64,000 nt of DNA, from assembly GCA_963710605.1 (NCBI GenBank), contig CAVQBA010000005.1:64001-128000 (forward strand), written 5' to 3'. Under the pieces are notes generated by a model. It was given only the letters and a program-made list of their open reading frames with translations. It was not told where the DNA came from and did no database searches. Within the stretch, counting starts at the first letter, position 1. The number at the start of each line of letters is the position of its first letter. The stretch comes from an uncultured cyanobacterium (GTDB lineage Bacteria; Cyanobacteriota; Cyanobacteriia; Cyanobacteriales; Cyanobacteriaceae). Of the stretch, positions 56,410-64,000 are shown piece by piece. The position numbers and the translations under genes are program-made.

Positions 56410-57279
56410 ATGAGACATCGGAATATAAGTCCAGACAGTGCCCTTGGTTTAGTTTCAACCTATAGTTTCCCCGCAATAGTTGGTACAGCAGATATGATGC
56501 TAAAATCAGCAGAAGTGATGCTAGTAGGCTACGAAAAAATTGGCGGAGGTCATTGTACTGCGATCGTTAGAGGTAATATCGCCGATGTCCGTTTAGCAGT
56601 AGAAGAAGGTGCGAGAATGGCTGAACAAATCGGTCAATTACACACTAAATTGATTATTGCTCGTCCGATGCCAAACCTAGAAGCTATTTTCCCGATCGGT
56701 AGTCAGTTAGCCCAAATGGCACAACAAACCAGAGGTTATAGTCGTTTAAGTAATCGATCGATTGGTTTGATTGAAACTAGGGGTTTTCCCGCAATGGTAG
56801 CCGCCGCTGATGCGATGCTAAAATCGGCTGATGTACAATTAGCTTCCTATGAAACGATCGGTGCTGGTTTATGTACTGCTATTATTAGAGGCTCAGTCGC
56901 TAACGTCGCTGTAGCGATCGAAGCAGGTATGGCAGAAGCCGAAAGAATCGGCGATTTGAATTCAGTGATGATTATTCCTCGTTTATTAGAAGATTTAGAA
57001 CATACTTTACCTGTAGCCAATTACTGGTTAGATGAAGAGGAAGACAAAGAACAACCATTACCAAACTTTGCGACTAAACAAAGACGTAAACCCAAAAAAC
57101 GTAAGTTGGTTGCTTTACCTGAATTAGAAAAAATTCCTCTTTCTTTTGAAACTAGAGAAAAAGTCCAGCAAGAAGCTACCTTAGAGTCTCAGTTGGAATT
57201 AGAAGAGCCATTAGAAAAACCGCTAGAACAACCTTTAGAAATGATTGAAATAGATGCCGAAATCGAAGATGATGAATAA
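56410..57279 (+). CDS. ccmO: Tandem-BMC carboxysome shell protein (CcmO-type)
   Basis: Two BMC domains (ALGLVST.SFPAIVGTADMMLKSA; IGLIETRGFPAMVAAADAMLKSA) plus an acidic tail. Confidence 0.85.
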   Translation: MRHRNISPDSALGLVSTYSFPAIVGTADMMLKSAEVMLVGYEKIGGGHCTAIVRGNIADVRLAVEEGARMAEQIGQLHTKLIIARPMPNLEAIFPIGSQLAQMAQQTRGYSRLSNRSIGLIETRGFPAMVAAADAMLKSADVQLASYETIGAGLCTAIIRGSVANVAVAIEAGMAEAERIGDLNSVMIIPRLLEDLEHTLPVANYWLDEEEDKEQPLPNFATKQRRKPKKRKLVALPELEKIPLSFETREKVQQEATLESQLELEEPLEKPLEQPLEMIEIDAEIEDDE

Positions 57280-57359
57280 CGATCGTCGTATTAACTAAAG
57301 TGTTTTATCTTAATTCTTTTTTACGTTGGAGGATTAATTTATAGTACAATCGATCGAGA

Positions 57360-57968
57360 TTATTTAACTTTTGAGTCATCACTTGCTCGATTTGCCCGTT
57401 TATACTTCAATTGATATTCTCGTCGTTGCTTAGTCACTTCATAAAGTACAATTCCGCTGGTCGTACCCAAATTAAGACTTTCAATCATGCCAAACATAGG
57501 AATCGAGACACAAAACTCGCTTTTTTCGACTGCCATATCACTAATCCCAAGACTCTCATTTCCAAACCAGACTGCTAATCTTGGCTGAGTATAATCTGCC
57601 TCGTGAAGCACCTCGTTTTTCTTGCCTTTCATATGTGGTGAGGTGACAATAGAGACAAATCTATTTTTTTCTAAATGTTCAAAACATTGTTCGGTGCTAT
57701 CAAATCTTTTCACAAAACTCCATTTAATCGCAGAAACGGAAATTTTAGATAGTAACTTACGCTCACGCATTTGTTGCCAATCATCTGGTAAAGTTTTTTT
57801 TTGATCTACTATGTAGGTTTTCTCTACGCCTAAAGCATTTACATTACGGATGATAGTAGCAATATTGATCATGTCAACAGGATTTTCAATTACGGCAATT
57901 AGATTTTTACAACGGTAATCTTTTATTTTCTCTGCTCTTTTTCTGACATTACTTTTTGTTTTTTCCAT
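57360..57968 (-). CDS. TrmH/SpoU family RNA methyltransferase
   Basis: VIENP...NIATIIR, FGNESLGIS, IPMFGMIESLNL. Confidence 0.9.
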   Translation of the reverse strand: MEKTKSNVRKRAEKIKDYRCKNLIAVIENPVDMINIATIIRNVNALGVEKTYIVDQKKTLPDDWQQMRERKLLSKISVSAIKWSFVKRFDSTEQCFEHLEKNRFVSIVTSPHMKGKKNEVLHEADYTQPRLAVWFGNESLGISDMAVEKSEFCVSIPMFGMIESLNLGTTSGIVLYEVTKQRREYQLKYKRANRASDDSKVK

Positions 57969-58088
57969 TTTCTCCTTTATCTACTATTTTATAGTTATAT
58001 CAAATACAAAAAATACTTCAGGGCGTAAGCATATACACCCCTACAACAAATATAAAACTAACATTACTTACTTAAAACTCTTATTATT

Positions 58089-58436
58089 TTAATTTATTCT
58101 ATATTTAATATGATGTTGTTGACATAAAGACGTTATTTCACCGACTTGATTTTGTAAGAGGTTTTTAATTATATATTTTCGATCGTCACTAATTGCTTTA
58201 TATAATCTCATCAATGATATATCCTTTGAATTAGGATCAATATCATGAATAAATCTGATTGCTTCGATTGTAGTAGTATAACGATCGAAATATAAAGTTA
58301 GTTGATATTCTAATTCAATCTCAAGGTAACCTTCGATAATATTGCCATTTATTTTGTAACCACACTTTGAGCAAGATTGTATTTCACGTACACAAGACAC
58401 ATTTACATATTCTCCACCTTTTGATAAAGTTGGCAT
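58089..58436 (-). CDS. Hypothetical protein, possible Zn-ribbon (true start may be upstream)
   Basis: CSKCG; the frame stays open upstream through NNCPCCK. Confidence 0.5.
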   Translation of the reverse strand: MPTLSKGGEYVNVSCVREIQSCSKCGYKINGNIIEGYLEIELEYQLTLYFDRYTTTIEAIRFIHDIDPNSKDISLMRLYKAISDDRKYIIKNLLQNQVGEITSLCQQHHIKYRIN

Positions 58437-58497
58437 TTTACAACAAGGGCAATTATTTAATTTACTTTCACCAATGCCGTAGCCATTTATTATGTTT

Positions 58498-59211
58498 CTA
58501 AACTGGGTTGCTCAATCTAGCTACTTTCAAAAAAATAGTAAAAATTAGCTTCAGACAATATTTCATTATAATTGAAGATAGAATAAAAAATAATAAGCTC
58601 AAGATAATCAAAGGAGTAGTAAAGAAAAATAGTTTATTCGCAGTCTGAGTGAGCATCGATATATCTATATTCAGAAAATATACTAAATCAAAGGGTATAG
58701 TTTGAAACAAATTAACGTCTGAATAATAACTAAAAAAAGCCATAACATAAAACGAGACAGCCATTAAGAAATACATACCTGATATGAGAATCACTGCTTC
58801 TTTTTTAAATGCTAATGTCACGAATAAATAAACTATCAAAGTTCCTAAGAAAAAAGCGGCTGCTGTCGAATTCGTCATCAAACTTGGACAATAATTAAAA
58901 ATTCCTATCGATAACAATATACAGCTTATTTTTAAGGATACATTCTGTTCAAGCTGAAAAACAAAAGATTTAGCTATTACTTCTGAGTCATTTTCTCTAG
59001 CCCATTTTCCTAAGTTTTTTCTATATCTATTTAGGCTAAAATCTTTAATTTTTCTGGCAAATATAATAATTTTTCTTCTTATAAAATAGACACATAAACA
59101 AGATACACTTAAAAGTATAATCCATTGAAGGAAAGTAAAATTTTTAAAAAAGCAAAAAACTTCTATTCTAAAAAATAGTAAAACAGATAATATCCAACCT
59201 AAAAACTTCAT
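58498..59211 (-). CDS. Hypothetical polytopic membrane protein
   Basis: Several hydrophobic segments; AAGGAG 6 nt before the ATG. Confidence 0.6.
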   Translation of the reverse strand: MKFLGWILSVLLFFRIEVFCFFKNFTFLQWIILLSVSCLCVYFIRRKIIIFARKIKDFSLNRYRKNLGKWARENDSEVIAKSFVFQLEQNVSLKISCILLSIGIFNYCPSLMTNSTAAAFFLGTLIVYLFVTLAFKKEAVILISGMYFLMAVSFYVMAFFSYYSDVNLFQTIPFDLVYFLNIDISMLTQTANKLFFFTTPLIILSLLFFILSSIIMKYCLKLIFTIFLKVARLSNPV

Positions 59212-59556
59212 CGCTCGCTCCTTTGTATTAACTATTCACATTTAGAGTCAATTTTAATCTTTAGTCAATGAGTCTAAGTTAAATTAGCCTAGACTAATGT
59301 AATCCAAATTACTATGATTATATTGAATTTTTTTCTGAACTACCTTAATCTTTACATTTATAAATAAAACAAAAAAACTTTTTTACTCAAAGATAGTTGT
59401 GATATTCTTACGGTACAACAATTGCTTGGATATGAAAGATGTTAAAACAACAATAATTTATCTCATTTATTTAATCGTTGTAGAAGTATTGAGAATTTTA
59501 GCTACTCTACATTCGTTGTGTCTTTCGGAGATTACTATCTGTTTTATAATTAAAAG

Positions 59557-60585
59557 ATGGAAAAACTTACTTTAACTCGCCCCGACGATTTTCATTTACA
59601 TTTACGTGATGGGGAAGCACTCAAAGCTGTTTTACCCCATACGGTGCGTACCTTTGCTCGTGCGATCGTTATGCCTAACTTGAAACCGCCGATACGATCG
59701 TATTTCGATGCTAAAGCTTATCGTGATCGGATCATTAAAGCAATACCCGCAGGCAAAAAGTTTGAGCCATTAATGACACTTTATCTGACTGATAACACAA
59801 CACCTGAAGATATTATTACCGCCAAAGCATCTGAGTTTGTAAAAGCAGTTAAATATTACCCCGCAGGTGCAACTACTAATTCAGAATCTGGTGTCACTGA
59901 TATTCGTAAATGCGATCGTGTTTTCTCAGCGATGCAGGAAGTTGATTTACCTTTATTGTTGCACGGAGAAGTAACCCATAAAGATGTTGATATATTCGAT
60001 CGTGAAAAAGTATTTATCGAGCAATATTTAATTCCTTTAAGACAACGTTTTCCGAAACTACGTATTGTCCTTGAACATATTACTACCTTAGATGCAGTCA
60101 AATTTGTTCTCGCTAATGACAACATAATGGCAACCATTACACCACAACATTTGTTATTTAATCGTAATAGTATCTTCAATGGTGGTATTCGCCCTCATTA
60201 TTATTGCCTACCAATTTTGAAACGAGAAACGCATCGTCAAGCACTTTTAGAAGCCGCCACTTCTGGTAATCCCAAGTTTTTTCTAGGCACTGATAGTGCG
60301 CCCCATTCACGTGATAAAAAAGAAAATGATTGTGGTTGTGCAGGTTGTTATTCAGCTTTACACGCTATTGAATTATATGCCGAAGTTTTTGAAAGTGTTA
60401 ATGCACTAGATAAATTAGAAGCTTTTGCCAGTTTTTATGGAGCAGATTTTTATCAACTTCCCCGTAATACCGAGCAAATTACCTTGATTAAAAACACTTG
60501 GCGTATTCCTGATAAACTTCCATTCACTGACTCTGAAATTGTACCTTTACGTGCAGGAGAAGAGATAACTTGGCAAATGGCATGA
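59557..60585 (+). CDS. pyrC: Dihydroorotase (homodimeric type)
   Basis: [50 protein letters not shown]. Confidence 0.97.
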   Translation: MEKLTLTRPDDFHLHLRDGEALKAVLPHTVRTFARAIVMPNLKPPIRSYFDAKAYRDRIIKAIPAGKKFEPLMTLYLTDNTTPEDIITAKASEFVKAVKYYPAGATTNSESGVTDIRKCDRVFSAMQEVDLPLLLHGEVTHKDVDIFDREKVFIEQYLIPLRQRFPKLRIVLEHITTLDAVKFVLANDNIMATITPQHLLFNRNSIFNGGIRPHYYCLPILKRETHRQALLEAATSGNPKFFLGTDSAPHSRDKKENDCGCAGCYSALHAIELYAEVFESVNALDKLEAFASFYGADFYQLPRNTEQITLIKNTWRIPDKLPFTDSEIVPLRAGEEITWQMA

Positions 60586-60683
60586 CCAAATTAGAAGCAA
60601 AATATTGAAACTAATCTACTTAAATTATGTTGGTAAATAGTTGAGGTAATTAAGATTGGTTGTTTAAGTAATTTTTATCAATG

Positions 60684-60872
60684 TTAATCTTTCCATTGTG
60701 TGCGACGATATCGCTTCCAATTTTTCATTCTTTTGCGAGTGTTAAGGGATTCGTAACACCATCGGTTCGATTTTAAACACCATTCACATAATCTTAATTC
60801 AGGATATATTTTTACTGCTCTATATCGAAAACTTTCAAATTGAGGATAATCATATTGATCGTATTGTAGTCC
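60684..60872 (-). pseudogene. 3' part of a small basic host gene interrupted by the IS/intron insertion
   Basis: GLQYDQYDYPQFESF...CEWC...KNWKRYRRTQWKD*; exactly 63 codons starting at the inferred IS end. Confidence 0.55.
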
Positions 60873-60873
60873 T

Positions 60874-63216
60874 ATCGGGTAAGGTTTGAGGGTCACCCCT
60901 CGCACCTCCCCTAGAACCGTACGTGTCAGTTTCCCAACATACGGCTCAAGCCTCACTTCAAGCCTTTGACTTGGTTTTTGAATGTACCTGTTTGTGACAA
61001 GCTTTATGCAGATGTACAAGGTTGTCAGCGGAATCATTACCGCCATCTGATACTGGTACGATGTGATGGGTTTCCAGCTCTTCTCCATTGAATAGATATT
61101 CTCCACAAATTTGGCATTTCCAATTTTGATTTACAGCTACTTGATAGTATTTACTACCTTTTGCCCAGTAATTTTTGCCCTGTTTTAATTTGCGGTTGTT
61201 CCAGTATTCACGGAGTGAGGGATTATCTGGACTAGCGTTGCCTCTGACTTTGACGTGTCTGATGATAGGGGTTCTAGCTATATTGTATAGGATACGAGTT
61301 TCTCTTTTCCTTTTCTTCCAGTTCCTTTACACATGAACCACCGTTTACTTCCTCTGAAGCGATGAAAATATTTGTTTTAATACCATCTTTTTGATTTGTT
61401 GGGATGTCTTCTTTTAGCCCAACGATAAAGGTAATGCCATACTCGATTTTCGATGTATGAGAAGGTTTCTTTGCTAACTGCACCTCTGTAGTAATTAGCA
61501 AAACCTCTGAGAAGTGGATTCAATTTTCTGATAACATTTTCTTGAGTCCGACGCCTTCATTTCTGATAGTGTTTTCCCTATCTTTTTACAGAAGGCAAGT
61601 ACTTTTTCTTTTTGAGGTTTAATCAATAACTTCCCTTTGTATTGGCGAAGGTTGAATCCTAAAAAGTCGAATCCGTCTTCTATATGAACTATCCTTGTCT
61701 TCTCAGCACTGATTTCTAGTTTTCTTTCGGATAACCATTGTCTTTATCTGGATAGATATAGTTTCTAAAGATTCTTTATCTTTTGCAGTGATTACAAAAT
61801 CATCTGCATATCTTATAAATCCTAGTTTTTTATTTTGGAACTTAACAAACTCTTCTAAACCATGTAAACCAATGTTGGCTAATAATGGACTAATCACTCC
61901 ACCTTGTGGTGTTCCAGCCTCAGTTGAGTTATAAACTCCCTTTATCTATGTATCCAGCTTTTAACCATTCTTTATTATAGCTCATTGGGATGAGATTCAA
62001 TCATAGTTTAGAATAGATTCATGAGAAATGTTATCGAAGAAACCTTTTATATCAGTGTCTAGAACCCATTTGTCTCTATTTAATTTACCACCCATGAGTC
62101 TTTTAAAACATTGCTCGATGGCATCCTGACAGCTTCGACCACATCTGAACCCATAGGTGTTAGGTTCAAATATGGCTTCCCATTCGGATTCTAGTGTATT
62201 TTTGACTATTGCTTGTGCAACTCTATCTCTCACATTTGGGATTCCGAGAGGACGTTTCTTGCCATTAGATTTGGGTATGTAAACCCGTTTTGTTGGAGCT
62301 GCTCTTGGCATTTTCCATTCATTGACAAGTTTTACTCGCTGTGCAGGGGTGTTTATCACCTCTTTGTCTATCCCTGCGGTTTGCTTTCCGTATTGACTTG
62401 AGTAATTTGTCTTACACTTAACAATAGGTTTGACAGACTCTTATTATCAATTTTTGCAGCCTTCTTAGCTGTTTCCATTGACCAAGTTTTCTGGCACGGA
62501 AAATTCGGCCTCGCAAATTCTTAACAACTTTATAGAGCTTTACGCCAGTTGACCTGACTCCAGTCCTTTAATTGTCTATTGTCTCCATTTATCAAAATTG
62601 CTTTTGACATCTAACTTTTAACTCCGTTTAGAATCGTTGTGTTTTCGTTTTGTCCGTATAAGACCTAGAGCAACGTCTGCTTTTACTTTCGTTCAGGGGC
62701 AAATTTTGAACCCCTATCTCAATAATTACAATCAAGCATTCGCTTCTTGCTCCATCTTTTACCCTCCAGAGATTTCCGTTTTTGTTACCTCAAACCTACT
62801 CATTGTTTGAGACTCTGTTGGGCTTACCCTGTTGTATCTTTTGGAGTTTTAATGTGGTTAGGATGGTTGACTATTGTGCGATGGAGGTTTTATTTCTACT
62901 TCCTTGTTAAAGTCAAGAACAAGGAATTATCCATTTACCATTTTGGTTCAAAGTCTATCAGGGATAATTTGACTTTTTCGGGAGTAACGCACTTTAATCA
63001 TCAACTTAGGCTACGTTCATCCTTCCACATCTTTCCCTCTAGCTCCTTACCGCTTAATCCCTAGCAGTTACGGCTACTTTTTAGGGTCTGCATTCCAACT
63101 GTTTCGTTACCTACTCGGTTGTGACCAAACTCTTTTGAGTTTTTTCTATGAGGGCAGGTGGTAGAAAACACCTGGGAGCTACACGCTCTGTTCCAATCGA
63201 CCAGTTCAGGTCGCAC
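60874..63216 (-). mobile_element. Group II intron (probably IIB, chloroplast-like class)
   Basis: 5' end GTGCG at 63216; domain V GAGCCGTATGTTGGGAAACTGACACGTACGGTTC at 60947-60914; domain VI ending CCCGAT at 60874; internal RT-maturase-HNH remnants. Confidence 0.93.
60958..62610 (-). pseudogene. ltrA: Intron-encoded reverse transcriptase/maturase/HNH, multiply frameshifted
   Basis: MSKAIL...DWSQVNW; RVYIPKSNGKKRPLGIP, YGFR.GRSCQDAI, DIKGFFDNI, GTPQGGVISPLLANI, RYADDF, GFDFLGF, HHIVP...NLVHLHKACHKQVH, spread over different frames. Confidence 0.9.
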
Positions 63217-63400
63217 TGACATACTCCCGTCGCGCATGGGCGAGGGATTCTCCTCAACTCAACAAGTCTTTGAGAGAAGGGAGCGTTTTATCCTGACTGC
63301 CGCCCACAGCCAGCTTTTTAATTAGCAACGCAGAATTGTAGTCTCGGTCGCAGCTTAAACCACAGCTATCACATTCGTGCCAACGGTCACTTAGAGTTTT
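63217..63400 (-). ncRNA. IS200/IS605 right end / predicted TnpB omegaRNA (reRNA) scaffold; 5' boundary approximate
   Basis: After the tnpB stop: GAGAATCCCTCGCCCATGCGCGACGGGAGTATGTCA, a subterminal hairpin plus TCA(A) terminus. Overlap with the tnpB 3' end is assumed from family knowledge. Confidence 0.6.
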
Positions 63401-64000
63401 ACTGACTCTATTTAGACATTGACTACAATGCTGGCTAGTTCCTCTTGGATTAACTTTGACAATTCTAGTGCCGTACTTTTGGGCGACTATTTCTACTATT
63501 TCTAGGAAGTTCCCGACGGCATTGTCACTCCAAGATTTATTCATTCCAGAAGAAGAAGATTGTCCGTTCTTGACGAAAATACCGTCAACTTTCTTTGGCT
63601 TATTTCTACGCAACATGTTGCGGATTTTTAAATCCTCAATGGCTAAAACACTACAACTACTAGCTAATTTATGTGCCTGGTTATAGTGCCAATCTTTTCT
63701 AGCCCGCGCTATTTTTTGATGAAGTCTAGATATTGCCCGTCGCACGAGTCTTTTCGCCTTCACTGAACGGGTTTTATCTTCTAGTTTTCTCTGTAATTTA
63801 GCTAGTTTAGATTGAGATTTTCTAAGATGTCTTTGAGGTAAGGCTTGGTTTTCATTTGAATCTACATATAGTTTTTCGAGTCCAACGTCTATTCCAATTG
63901 TGTTTGAAAGAGTAGCAACTGTATCTATCTCTATTTCAGGAATAGATTTGTCTTCCACTGACAAGTTTACGTAGTAGCCATCTGCTTTTCTAGTTACAGA
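63254..64000 (-). CDS. tnpB: IS200/IS605-family RNA-guided endonuclease TnpB (5' end outside window)
   Basis: RuvC-I GIDVG, RuvC-II AIEDL, Zn finger CSQC/CDSC, RuvC-III DRDYNSA; frame open to the window edge (SVTRKADGYYVNL). Confidence 0.95.
   Translation of the reverse strand, partial: SVTRKADGYYVNLSVEDKSIPEIEIDTVATLSNTIGIDVGLEKLYVDSNENQALPQRHLRKSQSKLAKLQRKLEDKTRSVKAKRLVRRAISRLHQKIARARKDWHYNQAHKLASSCSVLAIEDLKIRNMLRRNKPKKVDGIFVKNGQSSSSGMNKSWSDNAVGNFLEIVEIVAQKYGTRIVKVNPRGTSQHCSQCLNRVSKTLSDRWHECDSCGLSCDRDYNSALLIKKLAVGGSQDKTLPSLKDLLS

Noticed and set aside
60684-61106. 140-aa ORF in the track
   Set aside because: It is a chimera of out-of-frame HNH sequence, intron D5/D6 and the host-gene fragment.
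60958-62610. RT as a DGR, retron or defence RT
   Set aside because: It is flanked by a GTGCG 5' end, domains V/VI and an HNH domain, so it is a group II intron protein; no TR/VR pair was seen.
62747-63064. 105-aa plus-strand ORF
   Set aside because: It is antisense to intron domain I; no support as a gene.

Overview
AT-rich cyanobacterial chromosome segment, with abundant CGATCG/GCGATCGC (HIP1) sites and petH, ccmO, pmgA and pilH/I/J-type genes; a unicellular Cyanobacterium/Geminocystis-like origin is inference only. Most of the window is housekeeping and signalling genes: gpmI, mnmG, petH, lgt, hpnH, a pil/che cluster with mlaE, glyS, thrC, a sucC-like gene, prfC, sir, ccmO, pyrC and two hybrid histidine kinases. 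Intergenic regions carry several families of small nested repeats. Single-base lesions in glyS, mlaE, a desaturase and mnmG look like assembly errors. Main highlights: (1) a group II intron (60874-63216, minus strand) inserted exactly inside the terminal TCA|A of an IS200/IS605 tnpB right end, i.e. at the omegaRNA scaffold/guide junction, with intron EBS1/EBS2 loops complementary to the IS end; (2) a three-gene dynamin-like GTPase + small GTPase + decayed membrane-anchored partner operon (43415-48046), a candidate conflict/defence system; (3) an unannotated back-to-back junction of an NPCA-repeat Cys-rich peptide and a cupin fragment; (4) a candidate structured sRNA upstream of a baeRF-type release-factor homolog; (5) Russian-doll MITEs.
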